Of a stretch of 64,000 nucleotides of DNA, positions 28,205-42,260 are shown one piece after another; positions within the stretch are counted from its first letter, which is position 1; each line of letters begins with the position of its first letter. This DNA is from Auanema rhodensis. Its lineage: Eukaryota > Animalia > Nematoda. The stretch is from positions 17,918,001-17,982,000 of the forward strand of contig OZ059895.1 in assembly GCA_964057225.1 (NCBI GenBank), in the 5' to 3' direction. A program made the translations under genes and the position numbers. Under the pieces are notes generated by a model. That model searched no databases. It was not told where the DNA came from and saw nothing but the letters and a program-made list of their open reading frames with translations.

Positions 28205-28324
28205 TTTTTTTTCTTTCTGAACACCTCAGTTTGAAGAAATAACATCTGTAAATCAATTCAAAATTACCCTCAACTGCTGAGCTTCGCCTCGTTCCTGTTT
28301 CTATTTGTTTCATATTGTTCATCT

Positions 28325-31300
28325 CTAAACTCATATGGAAATACAGATTCTACACATCTGAGTACCCAACTGCAGATTTCTACTATTTGACTATATTTGA
28401 TGATCTTTGAGAAAATTGGACATTCACTGGGCACTCAGTGACTGGATACTGTACTTTTTTGTGAACAAATCTTATGGATAGGCTCGACATAAACCGATTT
28501 TCCGGAAGAAGCAGAAATCCCATCCTAAACTCATATGGAAATACAGATTCTACACATCTGAATACCCTACTGCAGATTTCTATTATTTGACTATATTTGA
28601 TGATCTTTGAGAAAAATAGACATTCACCGGGCACTCAGCGACTAGAGCCAGTACTTTTCTGTGAATAAATCTTGTGGATAGGCTCGACATAAACCGATTT
28701 TCCGGAAAAAGCAGAAATCCCATCCTAAACTCATATGGAAATACAGATTCTACACATCTGAATACCTAACTGCAGATTTCTATTATTTGACTATATTTGA
28801 TGATCTTTGAGAAAAATAGACATTCACCGGGCACTCAGCGACTAGAGCCAGTACTTTTCTGTGAATAAATCTTGTGGATAGGCTCGACATAAACCGATTT
28901 TCCGGAAAAAGCAGAAATCCCATCCTAAACTCATATGGAAATACAGATTCTACACATCTGAATACCCTACTGCAGATTTCTATTATTTGACTATATTTGA
29001 TGATCTTTGAGAAAAATAGACATTCACCGGGCACTCAGCGACTAGAGCCAGTACTTTTCTGTGAATAAATCTTGTGGATGGGCTCGACATAAACCGATTT
29101 TCCGGAAAAAGCAGAAATCCCATCCTAAACTCATATGGAAATACAGATTCTACACATCTGAATACCTAACTGCAGATTTCTACTATTTGACTATATTTGA
29201 TGATCTTTGAGAAAATTGGACATTCACTGGGCACTCAGTGACTGGATACTGTACTTTTTTGTGAACAAATCTTATGGATAGGCTCGACATAAACCGATTT
29301 TCCGGAAGAAGCAGAAATCCCATCCTAAACTCATATGGAAATACAGATTCTACACATCTGATTACCCAACTGCAGATTTCTATTATTTGACTATATTTGA
29401 TGATCTTTGAGAAAATTAGACATTCACTGGGCACTCAGTGACTGGATACTGTACTTTTTTGTGAACAAATCTTATGGATAGGGTCGACATAAACCGATTT
29501 TCCGGAAGAAGCAGAAATCCCATCCTAAACTCATATGGAAATACAGATTCTACACATCTGAATACCCAACTGCAGATTTCTATTATTTGACTATATTTGA
29601 TGATCTTTGAGAAAAATGGACATTCACCGGGCACACAGTGACTAGAGCCAGTACTTTTTTGTGTAAATCTTGTGGATAGGCTCGACATAAACCGATTTTC
29701 CGGAAGAAGCAGAAATCCCATCTTAAACTCATATGGAAATTCAGATGCTACACATCTGAATACCCAACTGCAGATTTCTATTATTTGACTATATTTGATG
29801 ATCTTTGAGAGAAATGGACATTCACCGGGCACTCAGTGACTAGAGCCAGTACTTTTTTGTGAATAAATCTTGTGGATAGGCTCGACATAAACCGATTTTC
29901 CGGAAGAAGCAGAAATCCCATCTTAAACTCATATGGAAATTCAGATGCTACACATCTGAATACCCAACTGCAGATTTCTACTATTCGACTATATTTGATG
30001 ATCTTTGAGAAACTTGGACATTCACCGGGCACTCAGTGACTAGAGCCAGTACTTTTTTGTGAATAAATCTTGTGGATAGGCTCGACATAAACCGATTTTC
30101 CGGAAGAAGCAGAAATCCCATCTTAAACTCATATGGAAATTCAGATGCTACACATCTGAATACCCAACTGCAGATTTCTACTATTCGACTATATTTGATG
30201 ATCTTTGAGAAAAATGGACATTCACCGGGCACACAGTGACTAGAGCCAGTACTTTTTTGTGTAAATCTTGTGGATAGGCTCGACATAAACCGATTTTCCG
30301 GAAGAAGCAGAAATCCCATCTTAAACTCATATGGAAATTCAGATGCTACACATCTGAATACCCAACTGCAGATTTCTACTATTTGACTATATTTGATGAT
30401 CTTTGAGAAAAATGGACATTCACCGGGCACACAGTGACTGGATACTGTACTTTTTTGTGAACAAATCTTTTGGACAGGCTCGACATAAACCGATTTTCCG
30501 GAAGAAGCAGAAATCCCATCTTAAACTCATATGGAAATTCAGATGCTACACATCTGAATACCCAACTGCAGATTTCTATTATTTGACTATATTTGATGAT
30601 CTTTGAGAAAAATGGACATTCACCGGGCACACAGTGACTGGATACTGTACTTTTTTGTGAACAAATCTTGTGGATAGGCTCGACACAAACCGATTTTCCG
30701 GAAAAAGCAGAAATCCCATCTTAAACTCATATGGAAATTCAGATGCTACACATCTGAATACCCAACTGCAGATTTCTATTATTTGACTATATTTGATGAT
30801 TTTTGAAAAAAATGGACATTCACCGGGCACACAGTCACTGGATACTGTGCTTTTTAGTGAACAAATCTTATGGACAGGCTCGACATAAACCGATTTTCCG
30901 GAAAAAGCAGAAATCCCATCCTAAACTCATATGGAAATACAGATTCTACACATCTGAATACCCAACTGCAGATTTCTATTATTTGACTATATTTGATGAT
31001 CTTTGAGAAAAATGGACATTCACCGGGCACACAGTCACTGGATACTTTGCTTTTTAGTGAACAAATCTTGTGGACAGGCTCGACATAAACCGATTTTCCG
31101 GAAAAAGCAGAAATCCCATCCTAAACTCAATTGGAAATTCAGATTCTACACATCTGAATACCCAACTGCAGATTTCTATTATTTGACTATATTTGATGAT
31201 CTTTGAGAAAAATGGACATTCACCGGGCACACAGTCACTGGATACTTTGCTTTTTAGTGAACAAATCTTATGGACAGGCTCGACATAAACCGATTTTCCG

Positions 31301-34300
31301 GAAGAAGCAGAAATCCCATCTTAAACTCATATGGAAATTCAGATGCTACACATCTGAATACCCAACTGCAGATTTCTACTATTCGACTATATTTGATGAT
31401 CTTTGAGAAAAATGGACATTCACCGGTCACACAGTGACTAGAGCCAGTACTTTTTTGTGTAAATCTTGTGGATAGGCTCGACATAAACCGATTTTCCGGA
31501 AGAAGCAGAAATCCCATCTTAAACTCATATGGAAATTCAGATGCTACACATCTGAATACCCAACTGCAGATTTCTACTATTTGACTATATTTGATGATCT
31601 TTGAGAAACTTGGACATTCACCGGGCACTCAGTGACTAGAGCCAGTACTTTTTTGTGAATAAATCTTGTGGATAGGCTCGACATAAACCGATTTTCCGGA
31701 AGAAGCAGAAATCCCATCTTAAACTCATATGGAAATTCAGATGCTACACATCTGAATACCCAACTGCAGATTTCTACTATTCGACTATATTTGATGATCT
31801 TTGAGAAACTTGGACATTCACCGGGCACTCAGTGACTAGAGCCAGTACTTTTTTGTGAATAAATCTTGTGGATAGGCTCGACATAAACCGATTTTCCGGA
31901 AGAAGCAGAAATCCCATCTTAAACTCATATGGAAATTCAGATGCTACACATCTGAATACCCAACTGCAGATTTCTACTATTCGACTATATTTGATGATCT
32001 TTGAGAAACTTGGACATTCACCGGGCACTCAGTGACTAGAGCCAGTACTTTTTTGTGAACAAATCTTGTGGATAGGCTCGACATAAACCGATTTTCCGGA
32101 AGAAGCAGAAATCCCATCTTAAACTCATATGGAAATTCAGATGCTACACATCTGAATACCCAACTGCAGATTTGTACTATTTGACTATATTTGATGATCT
32201 TTGAGAAAAATGGACATTCACCGGGCACACAGAGACTGGATACTGTACTTTTTAGTGAACAAATCTTATGGATAGGCTCGACATAAACCGATTTTACGGA
32301 AAAAGCAGAAATCCCATCCTAAACTCATATGGAAATACAGATTCTACACATCTGAATACCCAACTGCAGATTTCTATTATTTGACTATATTTGATGATCT
32401 TTGAGAAAAATGGACATTCACCGGGCACACAGTGACTGGATACTGTACTTTTTTGTGAACAAATCTTTTGGACAGGCTCGACATAAACCGATTTTCCGGA
32501 AGAAGCAGAAATCCCATCTTAAACTCATATGGAAATTCAGATGCTACACATCTGAATACCCAACTGCAGATTTCTATTATTTGACTATATTTGATGATCT
32601 TTGAGAAAAATGGACATTCACCGGGCACACAGTGACTGGATACTGTACTTTTTTGTGAACAAATCTTGTGGATAGGCTCGACACAAACCGATTTTCCGGA
32701 AAAAGCAGAAATCCCATCTTAAACTCATATGGAAATTCAGATGCTACACATCTGAATACCCAACTGCAGATTTCTATTATTTGACTATATTTGATGATTT
32801 TTGAAAAAAATGGACATTCACCGGGCACACAGTCACTGGATACTGTGCTTTTTAGTGAACAAATCTTATGGACAGGCTCGACATAAACCGATTTTCCGGA
32901 AAAAGCAGAAATCCCATCCTAAACTCATATGGAAATACAGATTCTACACATCTGAATACCCAACTGCAGATTTCTATTATTTGACTATATTTGATGATCT
33001 TTGAGAAAAATGGACATTCACCGGGCACACAGTCACTGGATACTTTGCTTTTTAGTGAACAAATCTTGTGGACAGGCTCGACATAAACCGATTTTCCGGA
33101 AAAAGCAGAAATCCCATCCTAAACTCAATTGGAAATTCAGATTCTACACATCTGAATACCCAACTGCAGATTTCTATTATTTGACTATATTTGATGATCT
33201 TTGAGAAAAATGGACATTCACCGGGCACACAGTCACTGGATACTTTGCTTTTTAGTGAACAAATCTTATGGACAGGCTCGACATAAACCGATTTTCCGGA
33301 AGAAGCAGAAATCCCATCCTAAACTCATATGGAAATACAGATTCTACACATCTGAATACCCAACTGCAGATTTGTACTATTTGACTATATTTGATGATCT
33401 TTGAGAAACTTGGACATTCACCGGGCACTCAGTGACTAGAGCCAGTACTTTTTTGTGAATAAATCTTGTGGATAGGCTCGACATAAACAGATTTTCCGGA
33501 AGAAGCAGAAATCCCATCTTAAACTCATATGGAAATTCAGATGCTACACATCTGAATACCCAACTGCAGATTTCTACTATTCGACTATATTTGATGATCT
33601 TTGAGAAACTTGGACATTCACCGGGCACTCAGTGACTAGAGCCAGTACTTTTTTGTGAATAAATCTTGTGGATAGGCTCGACATAAACCGATTTTCCGGA
33701 AGAAGCAGAAATCCCATCTTAAACTCATATGGAAATTCAGATGCTACACATCTGAATACCCAACTGCAGATTTGTACTATTTGACTATATTCGATGATCT
33801 TTGAGAAAAATGGACATTCACCGGGAACACAGAGACTGGATACTGTACTTTTTTGTGAACAAATCTTGTGGATAGGCTCGACACAAACCGATTTTCCGGA
33901 AAAAGCAGAAATCCCATCTTAAACTCATATGGAAATTCAGATGCTACACATCTGAATACCCAACTGCAGATTTCTATTATTTGACTATATTTGATGATCT
34001 TTGAGAAAAATGGACATTCACCGGGCACACAGTCACTGGATACTGTGCTTTTTAGTGAACAAATCTTATGGACAGGCTCGACATAAACCGATTTTCCGGA
34101 AAAAGCAGAAATCCCATCCTAAACTCACATGGAAATACAGATTCTACACATCTGAATACCCAACTGCAGATTTCTATTATTTGACTATATTTGATGATCT
34201 TTGAGAAAAATGGACATTCACCGGGCACACAGTGACTGGATACTGTACTTTTTTGTGAACAAATCTTTTGGACAGGCTCGACATAAACCGATTTTCCGGA

Positions 34301-37300
34301 AAAAGCAGAAATCCCATCTTAAACTCATATGGAAATTCAGATGCTACACATCTGAATACCCAACTGCAGATTTCTATTATTTGACTATATTTGATGATCT
34401 TTGAGAAAAATGGACATTCACCGGGCACTCAGTGACTAGAGCCAGTACTTTTTTGTGAATAAATCTTGTGGATAGGCTCGACACAAACCGATTTTCCGGA
34501 AAAAGCAGAAATCCCATCTTAAACTCATATGGAAATTCAGATGCTACACATCTGAATACCCAACTGCAGATTTCTATTATTTGACTATATTTGATGATCT
34601 TTGAGAAAAATGGACATTCACCGGGCACACAGTGACTGGATACTGTACTTTTTTGTGAACAAATCTTGTGGATAGGCTCGACACAAACCGATTTTCCGGA
34701 AAAAGCAGAAATCCCATCTTAAACTCATATGGAAATTCAGATGCTACACATCTGAATACCCAACTGCAGATTTCTATTATTTGACTATATTTGATGATCT
34801 TTGAGAAAAATGGACATTCACCGGGCACACAGTCACTGGATACTTTGCTTTTTAGTGAACAAATCTTGTGGACAGGCTCGACATAAACCGATTTTCCGGA
34901 AAAAGCAGAAATCCCATCCTAAACTCAATTGGAAATTCAGATGCTACACATCTGAATACCCAACTGCAGATTTCTATTATTTGACTATATTTGATGATCT
35001 TTGAGAAAAATGGACATTCACCGGGCACTCAGTGACTAGAGCCAGTACTTTTTTGTGAACAAATCTTGTGGATAGGCTCGACATAAACCGATTTTCCGGA
35101 AGAAGCAGAAATCCCATCTTAAACTCATATGGAAATTCAGATGCTACACATCTGAATACCCAACTGCAGATTTCTATTATTTGACTATATTTGATGATTT
35201 TTGAAAAAAATGGACATTCACCGGGCACACAGAGACTGGATACTGTACTTTTTAGTGAACAAATCTTATGGATAGGCTCGACATAAACCGATTTTACGGA
35301 AAAAGCAGAAATCCCATCCTAAACTCATATGGAAATACAGATTCTACACATCTGAATACCCAACTGCAGATTTCTATTATTTGACTATATTTGATGATCT
35401 TTGAGAAAAATGGACATTCACCGGGCACACAGTGACTGGATACTGTACTTTTTTGTGAACAAATCTTTTGGACAGGCTCGACATAAACCGATTTTCCGGA
35501 AGAAGCAGAAATCCCATCTTAAACTCATATGGAAATTCAGATGCTACACATCTGAATACCCAACTGCAGATTTCTATTATTTGACTATATTTGATGATCT
35601 TTGAGAAAAATGGACATTCACCGGGCACACAGTGACTGGATACTGTACTTTTTTGTGAACAAATCTTGTGGATAGGCTCGACACAAACCGATTTTCCGGA
35701 AAAAGCAGAAATCCCATCTTAAACTCATATGGAAATTCAGATGCTACACATCTGAATACCCAACTGCAGATTTCTATTATTTGACTATATTTGATGATTT
35801 TTGAAAAAAATGGACATTCACCGGGCACACAGTCACTGGATACTGTGCTTTTTAGTGAACAAATCTTATGGACAGGCTCGACATAAACCGATTTTCCGGA
35901 AAAAGCAGAAATCCCATCCTAAACTCATATGGAAATACAGATTCTACACATCTGAATACCCAACTGCAGATTTCTATTATTTGACTATATTTGATGATCT
36001 TTGAGAAAAATGGACATTCACCGGGCACACAGTCACTGGATACTTTGCTTTTTAGTGAACAAATCTTGTGGACAGGCTCGACATAAACCGATTTTCCGGA
36101 AAAAGCAGAAATCCCATCCTAAACTCAATTGGAAATTCAGATTCTACACATCTGAATACCCAACTGCAGATTTCTATTATTTGACTATATTTGATGATCT
36201 TTGAGAAAAATGGACATTCACCGGGCACACAGTCACTGGATACTTTGCTTTTTAGTGAACAAATCTTGTGGATAGGCTCGACATAAACCGATTTTCCGGA
36301 AGAAGCAGAAATCCCATCTTAAACTCATATGGAAATTCAGATGCTACACATCTGAATACCCAACTGCAGATTTCTACTATTTGACTATATTTGATGATCT
36401 TTGAGAAACTTGGACATTCACCGGGCACTCAGTGACTAGAGCCAGTACTTTTTTAGTGAACAAATCTTATGGACAGGCTCGACATAAACCGATTTTCCGG
36501 AAGAAGCAGAAATCCCATCTTAAACTCATATGGAAATTCAGATGCTACACATCTGAATACCCAACTGCAGATTTCTACTATTCGACTATATTTGATGATC
36601 TTTGAGAAAAATGGACATTCACCGGGCACACAGTCACTGGATACTTTGCTTTTTAGTGAACAAATCTTGTGGACAGGCTCGACATAAACCGATTTTCCGG
36701 AAAAAGCAGAAATCCCATCCTAAACTCAATTGGAAATTCAGATTCTACACATCTGAATACCCAACTGCAGATTTCTACTATTCGACTATATTTGATGATC
36801 TTTGAGAAAAATGGACATTCACCGGGCACACAGTCACTGGATACTTTGCTTTTTAGTGAACAAATCTTGTGGATAGGCTCGACATAAACCGATTTTCCGG
36901 AAGAAGCAGAAATCCCATCTTAAACTCATATGGAAATTCAGATGCTACACATCTGAATACCCAACTGCAGATTTCTACTATTTGACTATATTTGATGATC
37001 TTTGAGAAACTTGGACATTCACCGGGCACTCAGTGACTAGAGCCAGTACTTTTTTGTGAATAAATCTTGTGGATAGGCTCGACATAAACCGATTTTCCGG
37101 AAGAAGCAGAAATCCCATCTTAAACTCATATGGAAATTCAGATGCTACACATCTGAATACCCAACTGCAGATTTCTACTATTCGACTATATTTGATGATC
37201 TTTGAGAAACTTGGACATTCACCGGGCACTCAGTGACTAGAGCCAGTACTTTTTTGTGAATAAATCTTGTGGATAGGCTCGACATAAACCGATTTTCCGG

Positions 37301-40300
37301 AAGAAGCAGAAATCCCATCTTAAACTCATATGGAAATTCAGATGCTACACATCTGAATACCCAACTGCAGATTTCTACTATTCGACTATATTTGATGATC
37401 TTTGAGAAACTTGGACATTCACCGGGCACTCAGTGACTAGAGCCAGTACTTTTTTGTGAACAAATCTTGTGGATAGGCTCGACATAAACCGATTTTCCGG
37501 AAGAAGCAGAAATCCCATCTTAAACTCATATGGAAATTCAGATGCTACACATCTGAATACCCAACTGCAGATTTGTACTATTTGACTATATTTGATGATC
37601 TTTGAGAAAAATGGACATTCACCGGGCACACAGAGACTGGATACTGTACTTTTTAGTGAACAAATCTTATGGATAGGCTCGACATAAACCGATTTTACGG
37701 AAAAAGCAGAAATCCCATCCTAAACTCATATGGAAATACAGATTCTACACATCTGAATACCCAACTGCAGATTTCTATTATTTGACTATATTTGATGATC
37801 TTTGAGAAAAATGGACATTCACCGGGCACACAGTGACTGGATACTGTACTTTTTTGTGAACAAATCTTTTGGACAGGCTCGACATAAACCGATTTTCCGG
37901 AAGAAGCAGAAATCCCATCTTAAACTCATATGGAAATTCAGATGCTACACATCTGAATACCCAACTGCAGATTTCTATTATTTGACTATATTTGATGATC
38001 TTTGAGAAAAATGGACATTCACCGGGCACACAGTGACTGGATACTGTACTTTTTTGTGAACAAATCTTGTGGATAGGCTCGACACAAACCGATTTTCCGG
38101 AAAAAGCAGAAATCCCATCTTAAACTCATATGGAAATTCAGATGCTACACATCTGAATACCCAACTGCAGATTTCTATTATTTGACTATATTTGATGATT
38201 TTTGAAAAAAATGGACATTCACCGGGCACACAGTCACTGGATACTGTGCTTTTTAGTGAACAAATCTTATGGACAGGCTCGACATAAACCGATTTTCCGG
38301 AAAAAGCAGAAATCCCATCCTAAACTCATATGGAAATACAGATTCTACACATCTGAATACCCAACTGCAGATTTCTATTATTTGACTATATTTGATGATC
38401 TTTGAGAAAAATGGACATTCACCGGGCACACAGTCACTGGATACTTTGCTTTTTAGTGAACAAATCTTGTGGACAGGCTCGACATAAACCGATTTTCCGG
38501 AAAAAGCAGAAATCCCATCCTAAACTCAATTGGAAATTCAGATTCTACACATCTGAATACCCAACTGCAGATTTCTATTATTTGACTATATTTGATGATC
38601 TTTGAGAAAAATGGACATTCACCGGGCACACAGTCACTGGATACTTTGCTTTTTAGTGAACAAATCTTATGGACAGGCTCGACATAAACCGATTTTCCGG
38701 AAGAAGCAGAAATCCCATCCTAAACTCATATGGAAATACAGATTCTACACATCTGAATACCCAACTGCAGATTTGTACTATTTGACTATATTTGATGATC
38801 TTTGAGAAACTTGGACATTCACCGGGCACTCAGTGACTAGAGCCAGTACTTTTTTGTGAATAAATCTTGTGGATAGGCTCGACATAAACAGATTTTCCGG
38901 AAGAAGCAGAAATCCCATCTTAAACTCATATGGAAATTCAGATGCTACACATCTGAATACCCAACTGCAGATTTCTACTATTCGACTATATTTGATGATC
39001 TTTGAGAAACTTGGACATTCACCGGGCACTCAGTGACTAGAGCCAGTACTTTTTTGTGAATAAATCTTGTGGATAGGCTCGACATAAACCGATTTTCCGG
39101 AAGAAGCAGAAATCCCATCTTAAACTCATATGGAAATTCAGATGCTACACATCTGAATACCCAACTGCAGATTTGTACTATTTGACTATATTCGATGATC
39201 TTTGAGAAAAATGGACATTCACCGGGAACACAGAGACTGGATACTGTACTTTTTTGTGAACAAATCTTGTGGATAGGCTCGACACAAACCGATTTTCCGG
39301 AAAAAGCAGAAATCCCATCTTAAACTCATATGGAAATTCAGATGCTACACATCTGAATACCCAACTGCAGATTTCTATTATTTGACTATATTTGATGATC
39401 TTTGAGAAAAATGGACATTCACCGGGCACACAGTCACTGGATACTGTGCTTTTTAGTGAACAAATCTTATGGACAGGCTCGACATAAACCGATTTTCCGG
39501 AAAAAGCAGAAATCCCATCCTAAACTCACATGGAAATACAGATTCTACACATCTGAATACCCAACTGCAGATTTCTATTATTTGACTATATTTGATGATC
39601 TTTGAGAAAAATGGACATTCACCGGGCACACAGTGACTGGATACTGTACTTTTTTGTGAACAAATCTTTTGGACAGGCTCGACATAAACCGATTTTCCGG
39701 AAAAAGCAGAAATCCCATCTTAAACTCATATGGAAATTCAGATGCTACACATCTGAATACCCAACTGCAGATTTCTATTATTTGACTATATTTGATGATC
39801 TTTGAGAAAAATGGACATTCACCGGGCACTCAGTGACTAGAGCCAGTACTTTTTTGTGAATAAATCTTGTGGATAGGCTCGACACAAACCGATTTTCCGG
39901 AAAAAGCAGAAATCCCATCTTAAACTCATATGGAAATTCAGATGCTACACATCTGAATACCCAACTGCAGATTTCTATTATTTGACTATATTTGATGATC
40001 TTTGAGAAAAATGGACATTCACCGGGCACACAGTGACTGGATACTGTACTTTTTTGTGAACAAATCTTGTGGATAGGCTCGACACAAACCGATTTTCCGG
40101 AAAAAGCAGAAATCCCATCTTAAACTCATATGGAAATTCAGATGCTACACATCTGAATACCCAACTGCAGATTTCTATTATTTGACTATATTTGATGATC
40201 TTTGAGAAAAATGGACATTCACCGGGCACACAGTCACTGGATACTTTGCTTTTTAGTGAACAAATCTTGTGGACAGGCTCGACATAAACCGATTTTCCGG

Positions 40301-41509
40301 AAAAAGCAGAAATCCCATCCTAAACTCAATTGGAAATTCAGATGCTACACATCTGAATACCCAACTGCAGATTTCTATTATTTGACTATATTTGATGATC
40401 TTTGAGAAAAATGGACATTCACCGGGCACACAGTCACTGGATACTGTGCTTTTTAGTGAACAAATCTTATGGACAGGCTCGACATAAACCGATTTTCCGG
40501 AAAAAGCAGAAATCCCATCCTCAACTCACATGGAAATACAGATTCTACACATCTGAATACCCAACTGCAGATTTCTATTATTTGACTATATTTGATGATC
40601 TTTGAGAAAAATGGACATTCACCGGGCACACAGTCACTGGATACTTTGCTTTTTAGTGAACAAATCTTGTGGACAGGCTCGACATAAACCGATTTTCCGG
40701 AAAAAGCAGAAATCCCATCCTAAACTCAAATGGAAATTCAGATTCTACACATCTGAATATCCAACTGCAGATTTCTACTATTTGACTATATTTGATGATC
40801 TTTGAGAAAATTGGACATTCACCGGGCACTCAGTGACTAGAGCCAGTACTTTTTTGTGAACGAATCTTATGGATAGGCTCGACATAAACCGATTTTCCGG
40901 AAGAAGCAGAAATCCCATCTTAAACTCATATGGAAATTCAGATGCTACACATCTGAATACCCAACTGCAGATTCGTACTATTTGACTATATTTGATGATC
41001 TTTGAGAAAAATGGACATTCACCGGGCACACAGTGACTGGATACTTTACTTTTTTGTGAACAAATCTTGTGGATAGGCTCGACATAAACCGATTTTACGG
41101 AAAAAGCAGAAATCCCATCCTAAACTCATATGGAAATACAGATTCTACACATCTGAATACCCAACTGCAGATTTCTATTATTTGACTATATTTGATGATC
41201 TTTGAGAAAAATGAACATTCACCGGGCACACAGTGACTGGATACTGTACTTTTTTGTGAATAAATCTTGTCGATAGGCTCGACATAAACCGATTTTCCGG
41301 AAAAAGCAGAAATCCCATCCTAAACTCAAATGGAAATTCAGATGCTACACATCTGAATACCCAACTGCAGATTCGTACTATTTGACTATATTTGATGATC
41401 TTTGAGAAAAATGGACATTCACCGGGCACACAGTGACTGGATACTTTACTTTTTTGTGAACAAATCTTGTGGATAGGCTCGACATAAACCGATTTTACGG
41501 AAGAAGCAG
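28325..41509. repeat. 200-bp satellite array, about 66 copies
   Basis: Period 200 (a few 198, one 201). Unit approx. CTAAACTCATATGGAAAT...CACATCTGAATACCCAACTGCAGATTTC...CAGTGACTG...TTTTCCGGAA...AATCCCATC. Confidence 0.98.
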
Positions 41510-41566
41510 TGGCAGAGCGTTGGTCTTGTAAACCAAAGGTCGGTGATTCAATCCCGCCTGGAGGCA
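41507..41566 (+). pseudogene. 5'-truncated tRNA-Thr at the satellite junction
   Basis: Lacks the 5' acceptor strand and most of the 5' D-stem; GGTGATTC change in the T-stem. Confidence 0.85.
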
Positions 41567-41728
41567 TTTTTTTTCTTTCTGAGCACCTCAGTTTGAAGAA
41601 ATAACATCTGTAAATCAATTCAGAATTACCCTCAACTGCTGAGCTTCGCCTCGTTCTTGTTTCTATTTGTTTCATATTGCTCATCCACAAACAGTGACTG
41701 TATAGAAATATTTTTCTTTCTTATTGTA

Positions 41729-41800
41729 GCCTCTATAGCTCAGTGGCAGAGCGTTGGTCTTGTAAACCAAAGGTCGGTGGTTCAATCCCGCCTGGAGGCA
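41729..41800 (+). tRNA. trnT-UGU: tRNA-Thr(TGT)
   Basis: Canonical 72-nt sequence followed by TTATTTTT. Confidence 0.93.
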
Positions 41801-41960
41801 TTATTTTTCTTTCTGAACACCTCAGTTTGAAGAAATAACATCTGTAAATCAATTCAGAATTACCCTCAACTGCTGAGCTTCGCCTCGTTCCTCTTTGTAT
41901 TTGTTTCATATTGTTCATCCACAAACAGTTATTGTATAAAAATTTTTTTCTTTCTTATTG

Positions 41961-42025
41961 TAGCTCAGTGGCAGAGCGTTGGTCTTGTAAACCAAAGGTC
42001 GGTGATTCAATCCCGCCTGGAGGCA
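41961..42025 (+). pseudogene. tRNA-Thr with a 9-bp deletion of the 5' acceptor strand
   Basis: TTGTAGCTCAG instead of TTGTAGCCTCTATAGCTCAG (deletion between TAGC repeats); also GGTGATTC. Confidence 0.85.
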
Positions 42026-42188
42026 AGTATTTTTCTTTCTAAACACCTCAGTTTGAAGAAATAACATCTGTAAATCAATTCATAATTACCCTCAACTGCT
42101 GAGCTTCGCCTCGTTCTTGTTTCTATTTGTTTCATATTGCTCATCCACAAGCAGTGACTGTATAGAAATATTTTTCTATCTTATTGTA

Positions 42189-42260
42189 GCCTCTATAGCT
42201 CAGTGGCAGAGCGTTGGTCTTGTAAACCAAAGGTCGGTGGTTCAATCCCGCCTGGAGGCA
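42189..42260 (+). tRNA. trnT-UGU: tRNA-Thr(TGT), last copy of the array
   Basis: Canonical 72-nt sequence followed by T8. Confidence 0.93.

Larger units (their letters stand above)
1..28323 (+). repeat. Tandem array of 234-bp units, each a 72-nt tRNA-Thr(TGT) gene plus about 162 bp of spacer; runs off the left edge of the window
   Basis: Period 234 (occasionally 233 or 235) seen directly, e.g. tRNA starts at 195, 429, 663, 897. Units differ only by scattered substitutions. Interrupted at 3426-3770 and 13629-15900. Confidence 0.98.

Noticed and set aside
199-28334. About 100 repeated 63-aa minus-strand ORFs (MWMNN...MPPGGIEPPTFGLQDQRSATEL)
   Set aside because: Antisense translation of the tRNA and spacer (GIEPPTF is the typical reverse-tRNA pseudo-peptide). 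They begin at non-ATG codons and are broken freely by poly(T) length changes.
1-41509. CRISPR array
   Set aside because: Spacers are near-identical rather than unique, units are 200-234 bp, no cas genes are present and the context is eukaryotic.
28383-41690. 67-170 aa ORFs on both strands in the satellite
   Set aside because: The period of 200 is not a multiple of 3, and stops and frameshifts vary between monomers.
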